NCBI GenBank assembly: GCA_963664395.2
Contig: OY761159.2
Coordinates: 3,328,001 to 3,392,000, forward strand
Direction: 5' to 3'
DNA: 64,000 nucleotides
Source of the DNA: Candidatus Binatia bacterium
Lineage (GTDB): Bacteria; Desulfobacterota; Binatia; Bin18
Positions 29,411-39,334 of this stretch are shown here, piece by piece (positions within the stretch are counted from its first letter, which is position 1; each line of letters starts with the position of its first letter). The notes beneath the pieces were generated by a model, which was given only the letters and a program-made list of their open reading frames with translations, did no database searches and had not been told where the DNA came from. The position numbers and the translations under genes were made by a program.

Positions 29411-32400
29411 GATCAGGTGGCGGGGGAGGGGGCGGCGGAGAAGACGAGACGGTGATGAAGACGGGGATGTCGTCGGATTCCCCGGACGGGTCAGTGGCGA
29501 GCACGGTGAGTTGGTAGGTCTTGGATTCCTCAGCCCTCGCGCTTATCGTGCGCTGCCCGGGTGACCGCGTCACCGAGTTTGCACAGGGCGCCACCCCCTG
29601 TGGGCCCACCGCGATCTGGCCGCTGAGCCAGTCGATATCGAAACAGGCCGCAGCCGATTCCGTTTCGTCCAGGGTGTAGGTGAGCGGGTCACCAGGGTCC
29701 TCGGCCCTCACCGGAGCACCGACGCGACTCCCCGCTCTCGCGTTGGCTCCGATGGTGAGGGTGGGCGGGGACCCGGTAAATTCTGGGGGATCGTTATTGA
29801 CCCGCGCCTGTCGTACCGCATAGGGCGCAACGATCGGCGGGACGTGCTTGTCGGCCCCGGCCCCGTCGGTGTACGTCACTGTGACCCGCAGGTACGCGCC
29901 CACGTCGGCAGTCTCCGGCGTATAGCTGGCGGCGGGCGTCCCCTTGACGGGCTCCCAAGTCCGCTTGTTGTCCTGCGACTGCTCCCAGACCCAGTCGATG
30001 GAGACAAGGCCGTCGGGATCGGTCAGGATGGCGGTCAGCTCGGTATCGACCTGCGGCTGTACCGACGACAGGGTCAGGCTGCCCGCTTCGTCTTCGTTGG
30101 TCACGGTGACCGTCACGTCCAGCTCATCAGTAAACTCGTCATCGGAGGCTGTCACGGTCACGGAATAGCTATCCTTGGTCTCGTGGTCAGGCGGAGTACG
30201 GAAGCGCAGGACGCCGTCGCTGATGGTGAAGGCGGCGGAATCGACGGTCCACTGAATCGGGTCGCGCTCCGGGTCGGTGGCACGGTAGGTGGCAACCGGC
30301 CCCGTGGCGTGCTCCGTGTACGGGATATCGGTATCGGCTGGCCTGGTGATTTCCGGCCGCTCGTTCACGTCGGTGACGTTGACGGTGACGGTCTGTCGCG
30401 CGGTATGGCTCCCGGCGGAGGCTTCCACGGTCACGGTGTAGCGGGTGTCCGCCTCGTAGTCGGGCGGGTCGTTGAAGGTGAGGGTGGCGTCGGTGATGTT
30501 AGCGGTGAGGGTGAGAGAGTTTCGATCGACTCCTGTTAGCGCCCAGGTAATCGGCCAGGTAATCGGGTCGTGTTCGTGCTCCGGGTCGTCAGCGCTGAAG
30601 GTGTCAACTGGCCCCGTGTCGTTCTCCGCGTACGGGACGGCGCTCGGTCCCATCAGCGTGAGCGGTTCATCCTCATTTTCGACGGTGATGGTCACGTCGA
30701 TGGAGGCGGAGTCTCCGGAGGGGTCGGTGGCCGTCACGGTGACGGCGTAGCTCGACGTTTTCTCGCGGTCCAGCTCTGCTTTGGTCCGCAACTGGCCGGA
30801 CCTGCTGTCGATGGCGAAGACGCTATCGCCCGCAGCATCCAAAGAGTAAGTCAGCGGGTCGTCGGTGTCCGCGTCGGTAGCCACTATTGGGTCGCCGATA
30901 TTCCTCCCGGCTGCCGTGTTCTCCTGGACGCTGCGGGTCGTGGTGGCGTCCGAGAACAGCGGTACGTTGTTGTTGCCCCGTGCCGCTCGTACCCGGTTGG
31001 TGGCCTCGCGCTGGAAACTTTTGCTGCCGGGCTCCCCATGCCCGTCGGTGTAGGTCACCCTGACCCGCAGATAGTTGCTTATGTCGCCGGTCTCCGGCGT
31101 GTAGCTGTTCGAGGTCTCATCATCAATCTCCGTCCACGTACTCCTGTTCGAGGAACGCTCCCAGAGCCAGATGATGTCGGAGGCGCCGTCGGGATCGGTC
31201 AGGGTTGCGGTCAACTCGGCATCCACCTGCGGATACTCCGACGACAGGGTCAGGCTGCCCGCTTCGTCCAGGTTGTTGACGGTGACGGTGAGGGCCTGCG
31301 GCGTGGTGAGGTCTCCATCAGAGGCGACCACGGTCACTTCATAGTTGTTGTCGCCGTCAGCGTCGGCGCGCGCTTCGTAGTTGGGAGCGGGGCTGAAGTT
31401 CAGGACGCCGTTGCTGATGGTGAAGTCATCGGCGTCGGTTCCGGTCACTGTCCAGATGACTGTCGCACCCTCCGGGTCGGTGGCGGTGTAGCGGGCGACC
31501 TGGGCCGTGTTGTTCTCGGCATACGAGACCTCGGATGGGACCGGCGATCCCGTCAGCACGGGCGGTTCATCCACGCCGGTGACACGAATGGTGATGACCT
31601 GCGGTATGGTGTGAATCCCAGCGGCGGCTTGCACGGTCACCTCATAGACGTTGTTGCTACCGGCGTCGGCGGGTTGCTCGAAGTTGGGAGCGGTTGCGAA
31701 GCTCAGGGTGCCGCCGCTCATGGTGAAGTCGCCACGGTCGGTGCCGGCCAGTGACCAAGTGACTGACTCGTTCTCCTCCAGGTCGGTGACGCTGTATTCC
31801 GCAACCGACCCGATGCCGTTCTCGGCATACGACGGAACGCGGCTCAGCTCCGTCAGCGTGTGCACTTCCTCCACGTTGGTGACAGTGACGGTGACGGGCA
31901 GTGTAGCGGGGCTGGTGGTCCCATCCGAGGCGACCACGGTCACTTCATAGACATTGTTGTGGTTGGGATCCTCATAGTTGGGAGCGGAGTCGAAGCTCAG
32001 GACGCCGTTGCTGATAGTGAAGTCATCAGCGTCGTCTCCGGCCAGCCTCCAGGTGAGTGACTTCTTCTCCGGGTCGGTGGCGTCGTATTCAGTGACCGGG
32101 AGAATGCTGTTCTCGGCATGCGAGACACTGTCTTTGCCGGTCAGCGTGGGCGATTCGTCCACGTCGGTGACTTCGATAGTCACGGCGATGGAGTCGGAGT
32201 CTGCGGAGGGGTCGGTGGCCGTCACGGGGTCGGTGGCCGTCACGGTGACGGCGTAGCTGGGCTTGGTTTCGTGGTTCAGCTCCGTTCCTGAGGCTACCGT
32301 CAGTTGGCCTTGGCCGGTGCTGTCGTCTATGTCAAACGAAACGGCGTCGGTACCTGAAAGCGTGTAAGTCAAAGTCTCGTTGGTGGGATCGGTAGCGACG

Positions 32401-35060
32401 ACCGGGGCGCCAACGTTCGTGCCGGCGGTCGCATCCTCAGGGACGCTCCGGGTGGTGGTGTCTCCAGGGAAGTAGGGCGCGTCGCCTGAGGGCGTCCCGG
32501 TGGCCGTGTATGACCACGCGCCGTCGCCCTGGTCGTTGACCGCCCGCACCTGGATGTCGTAGGCCGCGTCATCGGACAGGCTGGGGATGATGTGTTGCAG
32601 AGCGCCGCCAGAAGTCCAGCCGGTATCAACCTCCGTCCAGTTGTCGTCGTCCGTCTCGTCCTCTGTGGTCTTGATATAGCGCACATCGTAGCCGGTGACG
32701 GCGGATGCGCCAGTATTGGTCGGCTCCTTCCAGGTAACAGTGAGGGAGCCGATCCCCGGAGTCACTTCGTCGATGTCCGGTGCTCCGGGGGTGGATCGAT
32801 GTCCGTAGACGGTGAGACTCCACGAATACAGCCTGCCGGGATTTCCCGCGGATACACGGTCGCTGAGGCGCAGCGTCCATGTCCCGGCCGGGTTCTCACC
32901 CAGATGCTTGGCCGAGCCGAACCGGAAGCTCCCCTCTAATCCGTATGTCGCACGGTAGACGCCCGATCTGGGGGGATCGTAGGGAACAGACAAGACGGAC
33001 ACCTTACCCGCCGGGGAGACCAACTCTACCTGCAAGTCCCGGAAGGATAGGTGGTCGAAGTCGGCGTTGATTTCGACGAATTCGGTGAACTCGACCTCAG
33101 AGCCCAGGGTGAGGCTGTTCGTGACCCAGGTGCGCGAATCGGGAATTATCATGTACCCACCGGTGAAGGGCGCGGAGTATGCGCTTGCCTCTGTCAGCGT
33201 CGGAAGTTTGGTCCAGCCGTCGGCCAGATCCACAGCGGCCTTGGCGTCTACCACGCCGAAGCCGTACTCGTGGTTGAAGTGGTAGCGCTCCGTGTCAGAG
33301 CCATATTTCAGCGTGCCGTCCTCCCAGCCGGTGTTGTCCGGGTCGTTCTGGCGGGCGGACGCGGCCAGGATGAGCTTCACGTCTCGCCAAGTCAGGTTGG
33401 AGTTGGCCTTGCGTATCAGCGCAACCACGCCGGAGACGATGGGGGTAGCCGCACTGGTGCCGCCAAAACTGTTTCTATAGAAGTCGTCGTTGTCGGTAGT
33501 GGTGATGCCGTGGCGGTCGCGGGTGCGGTCATTCGACGGAGCGCAGACCCACAGGTTGGCACCCTCTTCCGAATACGCGGAGCGCTCGCCCTGGTCGTTT
33601 ACTGCGCAGACGGCGGTGACGCCGTAGTGGTTGGCGTACCCGTCGAGGTTGGAGTTGTCTCCATCATCTCCCCCGTTTCCCGCGGCCCAGGCATAGAAGA
33701 TGCCCTTACGGCCAAAACCTTCCGTGATGCCTTTCTCCACCGCCATCTCCCATATGCCGTGGGCGGCGTCCAGCCCAGGCCCGTCGTAAGGTCCCCAACT
33801 ATTGTTGGAGACGGCTGTTGTATCCAGATCGCGTTTCGCAGCGTCGGCTTCGTTTGCAGCGGTGGAATCCAGGATGAGGTTGTAGCCGTAGATTTTTGCC
33901 TGGGGCGCGACACCCCGCACGCCCAGGCTGTTATTCTGCGCCGCGATGATACCCGCCACCGCCGTGCCGTGGTCTTCGAGAGGATGAAATATGTCGTTCC
34001 TGTCGGTGTAATCGTGGTTGCGCGTCGTATCCACGTTGGCGCTCAGATCCTCGTGCGTATAATCCATGCCATCGTCAACCACGGCCACATTGATGTCTTT
34101 CCCCAGGTTGTCGGCGGTCCAGACCTCTTCGACGTTGATGTCTTCGCCTGCCGTCCCCCCTGTGAGTTGTCCCGTGTTGTTCAGATGCCACTGGCAGCCG
34201 TACAGCGGGTCGCTGACTGTGGCATCGATATCCGCACAACCGTCTAGAAAGTTGTTGTAGCCCGCGACTTCAAACGCGCGAATGGTGTACGTCCCGGTGT
34301 CGCCACTGTCGGAACTGACCTTGATGTAGTAGGTGCCCGCGTCGAGGCGGTCGTGGAGAAAAAAGGTGGACAGTCTGTCCCCGAACCCTATTCCATACAG
34401 ATTTGTGTCAACCGCGCCGCCGTCTGCATCAAGCAACTCTCCGTCAATATCCACCGTTGCACTCACGGCCCCCACGAAGATGGGCGTGGTTTCGGGGACC
34501 ACGAGGCGGAAGTAGTCCTCATCGCTTGATGGGTCTATCCGGCTCCCTTCTGCGATGCCGAGGTCCAGGGTGGTGGCGGTAGCGCGCGTGTTGCCCGGCT
34601 CATTGGCTTTGTTGACGTGCAAGGTGTAGGGCCCGGTGTCGTACTTGTCATAGCTGCTGACCTGGATGTAGTACGTCCCGGCGTCGAGTCGGGTGCGGAT
34701 CAGGAATTGAAACAGACTCGGCCACAGATACCCGTCATCGTTGAAGGCAAGAATCTCCATTCTGTCGCTGTTGAGGAGTATCCCGACCGTATCACCCACA
34801 AGACCGGTGGTATGAATGACGATATCGGTCGTTTCCGAGAGTTCTATCTTGAAGTAATCCGTATCGTCGTCCGGGCCGCCCTCTGGAGAGATAAGCCCGT
34901 TTGCAGCCCCGTTTCCAGCACTGTCGAAGGTGATCTCAACTGTGGTGGTGGTGGGAGCGCCGGGTGCGGTCTGCGCCCAGGCTTCGCCAGCAATCAGTAG
35001 CAGCCAACACAGTCCCCACACTGCCGTCGGCAGCAGTGTTTTCCTCACGTGCGAGTGCAT
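29340..35060 (-). CDS. Giant secreted kexin/furin-like S8 protease with PPC domains, P-domain, FN3 and multiple cadherin-like repeats
   Basis: Signal peptide; VAVVDDG, HGTAVAG, AAGNG, GGTSAA and TWRD; H.YGFG; repeated P.YE..Y.VTV.A.D...V.V..V.E cadherin motifs. Confidence 0.9.
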   Translation of the reverse strand: MHSHVRKTLLPTAVWGLCWLLLIAGEAWAQTAPGAPTTTTVEITFDSAGNGAANGLISPEGGPDDDTDYFKIELSETTDIVIHTTGLVGDTVGILLNSDRMEILAFNDDGYLWPSLFQFLIRTRLDAGTYYIQVSSYDKYDTGPYTLHVNKANEPGNTRATATTLDLGIAEGSRIDPSSDEDYFRLVVPETTPIFVGAVSATVDIDGELLDADGGAVDTNLYGIGFGDRLSTFFLHDRLDAGTYYIKVSSDSGDTGTYTIRAFEVAGYNNFLDGCADIDATVSDPLYGCQWHLNNTGQLTGGTAGEDINVEEVWTADNLGKDINVAVVDDGMDYTHEDLSANVDTTRNHDYTDRNDIFHPLEDHGTAVAGIIAAQNNSLGVRGVAPQAKIYGYNLILDSTAANEADAAKRDLDTTAVSNNSWGPYDGPGLDAAHGIWEMAVEKGITEGFGRKGIFYAWAAGNGGDDGDNSNLDGYANHYGVTAVCAVNDQGERSAYSEEGANLWVCAPSNDRTRDRHGITTTDNDDFYRNSFGGTSAATPIVSGVVALIRKANSNLTWRDVKLILAASARQNDPDNTGWEDGTLKYGSDTERYHFNHEYGFGVVDAKAAVDLADGWTKLPTLTEASAYSAPFTGGYMIIPDSRTWVTNSLTLGSEVEFTEFVEINADFDHLSFRDLQVELVSPAGKVSVLSVPYDPPRSGVYRATYGLEGSFRFGSAKHLGENPAGTWTLRLSDRVSAGNPGRLYSWSLTVYGHRSTPGAPDIDEVTPGIGSLTVTWKEPTNTGASAVTGYDVRYIKTTEDETDDDNWTEVDTGWTSGGALQHIIPSLSDDAAYDIQVRAVNDQGDGAWSYTATGTPSGDAPYFPGDTTTRSVPEDATAGTNVGAPVVATDPTNETLTYTLSGTDAVSFDIDDSTGQGQLTVASGTELNHETKPSYAVTVTATDPVTATDPSADSDSIAVTIEVTDVDESPTLTGKDSVSHAENSILPVTEYDATDPEKKSLTWRLAGDDADDFTISNGVLSFDSAPNYEDPNHNNVYEVTVVASDGTTSPATLPVTVTVTNVEEVHTLTELSRVPSYAENGIGSVAEYSVTDLEENESVTWSLAGTDRGDFTMSGGTLSFATAPNFEQPADAGSNNVYEVTVQAAAGIHTIPQVITIRVTGVDEPPVLTGSPVPSEVSYAENNTAQVARYTATDPEGATVIWTVTGTDADDFTISNGVLNFSPAPNYEARADADGDNNYEVTVVASDGDLTTPQALTVTVNNLDEAGSLTLSSEYPQVDAELTATLTDPDGASDIIWLWERSSNRSTWTEIDDETSNSYTPETGDISNYLRVRVTYTDGHGEPGSKSFQREATNRVRAARGNNNVPLFSDATTTRSVQENTAAGRNIGDPIVATDADTDDPLTYSLDAAGDSVFAIDSRSGQLRTKAELDREKTSSYAVTVTATDPSGDSASIDVTITVENEDEPLTLMGPSAVPYAENDTGPVDTFSADDPEHEHDPITWPITWALTGVDRNSLTLTANITDATLTFNDPPDYEADTRYTVTVEASAGSHTARQTVTVNVTDVNERPEITRPADTDIPYTEHATGPVATYRATDPERDPIQWTVDSAAFTISDGVLRFRTPPDHETKDSYSVTVTASDDEFTDELDVTVTVTNEDEAGSLTLSSVQPQVDTELTAILTDPDGLVSIDWVWEQSQDNKRTWEPVKGTPAASYTPETADVGAYLRVTVTYTDGAGADKHVPPIVAPYAVRQARVNNDPPEFTGSPPTLTIGANARAGSRVGAPVRAEDPGDPLTYTLDETESAAACFDIDWLSGQIAVGPQGVAPCANSVTRSPGQRTISARAEESKTYQLTVLATDPSGESDDIPVFITVSSSPPPPPPPPDRGGSVGGGSGGGGGGGGPSLYAG

Positions 35061-35077
35061 GGTCTTGGGTCAGTCGT

Positions 35078-35689
35078 TCACTTTGTTGTATGTTCTCTCC
35101 ACCAATTGGGGCTGGAGATGAGTACCCCGTCCTGCGCGGCCAGAGTGTTAGCCAAATTCAGAGACGCAAAGCCTGGCTCGGTCTCCACGAAGAAACTGTT
35201 GGCGGCGACATCCAAGTCTGACACCCGGCCCAGCTTGATTCGGTTGCGGGCGAAAAAGGCATTGGTCTCTGCCGTGCTCCACTCCGCGTCCAGCACTAGC
35301 AGGACACCGCCGGGCAAGGTCATCAGGGTGCCCGAGGATTCGGAGCGGAACACCGGTTGCCCGGTGCTTGTTTCGGAGCGGTCCTTCGTGGAGCTGTCCT
35401 TGGTCACGATGTGCTCTCCGCTGCCTCTGGCGACGCTGCTGTCCCCGCTCACCTCCAGGTCGGACTGCAACCGCACCCGCACGGTGCGGTCGCCATCTTC
35501 GTAGGTGTAGACCGGCCCCTGATCGCTTTGGCCGGAGTCGCTTCGTGCCTGGGGACTGCGCTGTTTCAGAGCGGGAGAGCGCTTTTTTTGTGAAGGCGGA
35601 TCGATCGATTCAAACTCAAGCGGCTGCGCCCACGCGACCGGCGCCGCAACCACCGCCACAATAACCATACCGATAGCGAATGTACTCAT
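35078..35689 (-). CDS. Secreted protein resembling a stand-alone subtilase prodomain/external chaperone
   Basis: Signal peptide; C-terminal LNLANTLAAQDGVLISSPNW..K resembles S8 propeptide ends; 17 nt upstream of the protease start. Confidence 0.6.
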   Translation of the reverse strand: MSTFAIGMVIVAVVAAPVAWAQPLEFESIDPPSQKKRSPALKQRSPQARSDSGQSDQGPVYTYEDGDRTVRVRLQSDLEVSGDSSVARGSGEHIVTKDSSTKDRSETSTGQPVFRSESSGTLMTLPGGVLLVLDAEWSTAETNAFFARNRIKLGRVSDLDVAANSFFVETEPGFASLNLANTLAAQDGVLISSPNWWREHTTK

Positions 35690-35953
35690 CTCACCCTCCG
35701 GTCGTGTCTCACTGCGCCTCCTGGGCCTTTCCATCCTGGGCCTTTCCATCGAGAGCCTGGCCGGGACTCTGACTCCGCACGGACTCTCTCCTTCCAGAAC
35801 TAGCCCATCCCGCCGCCTGTGTCCCTCCTAAAATGGGAGGAATCTTCACACCGAATGACGAGGACGCCGCACTAGGCGACCGGCGCCGCCGAGAGGCGGG
35901 AAGGGCAAACGCGGCGGTGCACCGGGAGGCCGCCCCGCAGGCCGGCCTCCCTA

Positions 35954-36052
35954 TTAAGGTGGGACTGTCGATTCAAACTCAAGCGGTTGCGCCCACACGA
36001 CCGGTGCCGCAACCACCGCCACCACAACCATACCGACAGCGAATGTGCTCAT
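35954..36052 (-). pseudogene. Signal-peptide-only duplicate of the 35078-35689 gene (32 aa)
   Basis: MSTFAVGMVVVAVVAAPVVWAQPLEFESTVPP* versus MSTFAIGMVIVAVVAAPVAWAQPLEFESIDPP. Confidence 0.75.
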
Positions 36053-36112
36053 CCGCGGTCTATTTATTGGATTTTTCCGGCTTTACTACCCGCCCTATAA
36101 GCGTGAAATACT

Positions 36113-36937
36113 CTAGGCCGTCCCTCCGCGTCGGCGCAGCCATTCGACGGTGAGCAAGAACAGCAGTGAGAAGACGATGAGCACGCTGGCCACGGCGAGA
36201 ATCGCCGGGCTGATCTGCTCGCGGATGCCGGTCCACATCTGACGCGGAATGGTGCGCTGCTCCAGGCCGCCCATGAACAGCACTGTCACCACTTCGTCGA
36301 ACGAGGTGGCGAACGCGAAGACGGCCCCGGAAATCACGCCTGGAGCGATCAGCGGCAGCACGACGCGCCGGAAAGTCCGCAGCGGCCCGGCGCCCAGACT
36401 GGCCACCGCGCGATACAGATTGGGGTCGAAACCGGACAGCGTGGCGGTCACCGTGATGACGACAAACGGCGTGCCCAGCGTAGCATGGGCCAGGATGAGG
36501 CCCAGGTGGGTCTGGGTCAGGCCCAGGTTCGAGTAGAAGAAAAACATGCCCGCCGCCGAGATGATCACCGGGGTAATCAGTGGCGAGATCAGCAGGCCCA
36601 TGATCGCCGCGCGACCCGGCAGAGCGGGATTCGTCAGTCCCAGCGCCGCCAGCGTACCGAGCGTGGTCGCCAGGGCGGTGGCCGACAGGCCGATGAACAG
36701 GCTGTTGAGCAGGGCCTGGACCCACTCCGGGTCGCCCATAACAGTCCGGTACCAGCGCAGCGAATAGGCGAGGGGATCCAGACGCAGCATCCCCTCGGTA
36801 AAGGTGAAGTAGGGTTCGGCGTTGAAGCTGAGCGGCACAATCACCACAATCGGCGCAATCAGAAACACGAACACCGCGGTGCAGAACGCCAGATAGGCGA
36901 TCCGACCGGCGCGCTCCCAGGCTCCCTGTGGTCCCAT
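36113..36937 (-). CDS. Polyamine/opine-type ABC transporter permease (PotC-like)
   Basis: SLRWY, A.SLGA loop and SFDEV motifs. Confidence 0.88.
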   Translation of the reverse strand: MGPQGAWERAGRIAYLAFCTAVFVFLIAPIVVIVPLSFNAEPYFTFTEGMLRLDPLAYSLRWYRTVMGDPEWVQALLNSLFIGLSATALATTLGTLAALGLTNPALPGRAAIMGLLISPLITPVIISAAGMFFFYSNLGLTQTHLGLILAHATLGTPFVVITVTATLSGFDPNLYRAVASLGAGPLRTFRRVVLPLIAPGVISGAVFAFATSFDEVVTVLFMGGLEQRTIPRQMWTGIREQISPAILAVASVLIVFSLLFLLTVEWLRRRGGTA

Positions 36938-36938
36938 C

Positions 36939-38156
36939 TCAGCCCAGCCTCATCCGTTCGATGCCCACCAGGCGGTTGTACACCAGATACAGCCCGAGTA
37001 CGAAGGCCAGCAGGAGGCCGCCGAGCGCCGCGGCCAGCCCCCAGTTCAGGGAACTCTGCATGTGGTAGGCGATCATATTGGCGATGAGCTGGCCGCTGCG
37101 ACCGCCGACCAGCGCCGGCGTGATGTAGAAGCCGATCGCCAGGATGAAGACCAGCAGCGCGCCAGCGCCAACGCCCGGCAGGGTCTGAGGCCAGTAGACC
37201 CGCCAGAATGCCTGGACCGGGCCTGCGCCCAGCGAGGCCGCAGCGCTCAGGTGCAGCCGGGGGATGGTGCGCATGACCGCGTACAGCGGCAGTACCATGA
37301 AAGGCAGCAGAACGTGGGTCATGGCGACCATGGTGCCGGTCATGTTGTAGACCATGGCGAGGCGGCTGCCGTCGGCGATCAGGCCGAGCGACACGAGCGC
37401 GGTGTTGATCACCCCCTGAGTCTGGAGCAGCACGATCCAGGCGGTCGTTCGCACCAGCAAGGAGGTCCAGAACGGAACCAGCACCAGTAGCAGCAAGAGA
37501 TTCGTCCGGCGGGCATGGGCGATCAGATAGGCGACCGGATAGCCGAGCAGCAGGCACAGCCCGGTCAGACTCAGGCTCACGACCAGGGTGCGCCACAGGA
37601 GGGGCACATAGACGCGATACTCGTCCGGGCGCGGGGCGATGTGGCCGTCGCTGCGGCGTTCCAGGTCCAGGGCGTGCAAATAGTGGCGCGCGGTGAAGCG
37701 CTGGCCGGCGCGGCGAATCGCGTGCCAGGTTTGCACATCGTCCCAGGCCGCGTGGATGCCGATCAGCGCGTCGCGCCACGAACGGTCCTCCGCACCGCGC
37801 AATCGACGCGCCGTGCGGGTGATGACGCTCCGCAGTCCGCCGTGCACGCGGTTGATACGGGTGGCGACCCGTCCCAGGGTGCGCTCCTGACGCGCTGTGC
37901 GCAGTTCGCGGGCGAGCATCTCGAACACCGGCTCCGGCGGGGTGTGCGTGCCATCCCAGGCCCGCAACAGGCCGAGGGTTTCGGGCAGCGCATCGGCCAC
38001 CACCGGGTCATACACGCTGCGCGCCAGCATGGTCGCCAGCGGCGCAACGAAGGTCAGCCCGATAAAGGCGACCAGCGGGAGCACCAGCCCCACAGCGCGC
38101 AGCTGTGGGCCGAAAAGAATAAACGTGCCAACATTTGCATGTCTATTGGAGGACAC
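36939..38156 (-). CDS. Polyamine-type ABC transporter permease (PotB-like); start uncertain
   Basis: GYP.AY, PFWTS.LVR and AA.SLGA motifs. Confidence 0.85.
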   Translation of the reverse strand: MSSNRHANVGTFILFGPQLRAVGLVLPLVAFIGLTFVAPLATMLARSVYDPVVADALPETLGLLRAWDGTHTPPEPVFEMLARELRTARQERTLGRVATRINRVHGGLRSVITRTARRLRGAEDRSWRDALIGIHAAWDDVQTWHAIRRAGQRFTARHYLHALDLERRSDGHIAPRPDEYRVYVPLLWRTLVVSLSLTGLCLLLGYPVAYLIAHARRTNLLLLLVLVPFWTSLLVRTTAWIVLLQTQGVINTALVSLGLIADGSRLAMVYNMTGTMVAMTHVLLPFMVLPLYAVMRTIPRLHLSAAASLGAGPVQAFWRVYWPQTLPGVGAGALLVFILAIGFYITPALVGGRSGQLIANMIAYHMQSSLNWGLAAALGGLLLAFVLGLYLVYNRLVGIERMRLG

Positions 38157-38170
38157 GTTTACTCTTTTTC
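38112..38170. repeat. Palindromic REP-like element, copy 1
   Basis: AAAAGAATAAACGTG...CACGTTTACTCTTTT; 30 bp (38138-38167) identical to 39305-39334. Confidence 0.8.
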
Positions 38171-39255
38171 AACGAGCCAGCCATGCGCTGAAGCGCTCGT
38201 TCATCTCGTCGCTGTGATCTCTCCACCACTCCCAGTCGTTGTGCAGGGCGCGGGCGACGTTTGCGGGGCTGTTCGGCATATGCGGCTGCATGTCCACCCC
38301 GGTTTCGAGATGGGTGGTAATCAGGGCTGTGCCCGACTGCCGGGCCGGACTGTAGGCAATATAGCGACCGACCGCGGCCAGGGACTCGGTCCGGGTTGCG
38401 AAGCTGAGAAACTTCCGCGCCGCTGCCAACTTGGGCGTGCCGGCGACAATGCCGAGGATGCCGTAGTCCAGCACCTGGCCGTCCCAGACGATGACAAAGG
38501 GCTGGTTTTCCAGGACCTGGGCGTTGAAGATACGGCCGTTATAGGCCGTGCTCATCACGACCTCGCCGTCGGCCAGCATCTGCGGCGGCTGTGCTCCGGC
38601 CTCCCACCAGACGATCTGGTCCTTGAGCGTGTCGAGCTTGCGGAACGCCCGCTTCACACCCTCCGGCGTGTTCAGCGTGGCATACACCTGATCCACCGGC
38701 ACCCCGTCGGCCATCAGCGCGAACTCCAGATTGACCAGCGGACTGCGGCGCATGCCGCGGCGGCCGGGGAATTTTTCCAGGTTGAAGAAGTCGTCGATCG
38801 TGGTCGGTTTGGGACCGGGCAGGTGTTTGGGGCTATAGGCATACACCGTGGAGTAGAACAGCATGCCGATGCCGCATTCGGTGAGCATACCGGGGAAGAA
38901 ATCCTCCAGCGCGGGTGTCCCGTCCGGCGCCGGGAGCAGGTCGGCGCTGGAGAAAGGTTCCAGCAGACCCTCATCACAGCCCCGCACCGCATCGGCCATT
39001 TCCAGGTCAATCAGGTCCCAGTGCACCTTGCCGGTCTCCACCTGAGCGCGGACCTGGGCCAAGCCGCCGTTATAGGCATCCAGGCGAATGGTGATACGCC
39101 TTCTGGCAGGCGCGGGCGTAGGAGCCTCCCCAGGAGACCACGGTGAGCGATTCGCTGCCGACGGCCGGGCGGCTCCAACTCAGCGTTGCCAGCAAAACGA
39201 TTGCCGCGACGTGGACCGCCGGGCGGATTCGGCTGCAATGTAGGCGGGATGTCAT
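38169..39255 (-). pseudogene. PotD/PotF-like substrate-binding protein disrupted by a short deletion/frameshift near 39091-39096
   Basis: SWGGSY N-terminus in one frame; ITIRLDAYNGGLAQ and FPG.R.MR, L.ADGV, YNGR in another. Confidence 0.75.
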
Positions 39256-39269
39256 GCTGTCTGCTCCTC

Positions 39270-39334
39270 AAAGAGTAAACGTGGAGTAAACGTGTCCGGC
39301 AGCTCATGTCTATTGGAGGACACGTTTACTCTTT
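39270..39334. repeat. Palindromic REP-like element, copy 2
   Basis: AAAGAGTAAACGTG-GAGTAAACGTGTCC...GGACACGTTTACTCTTT. Confidence 0.8.
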
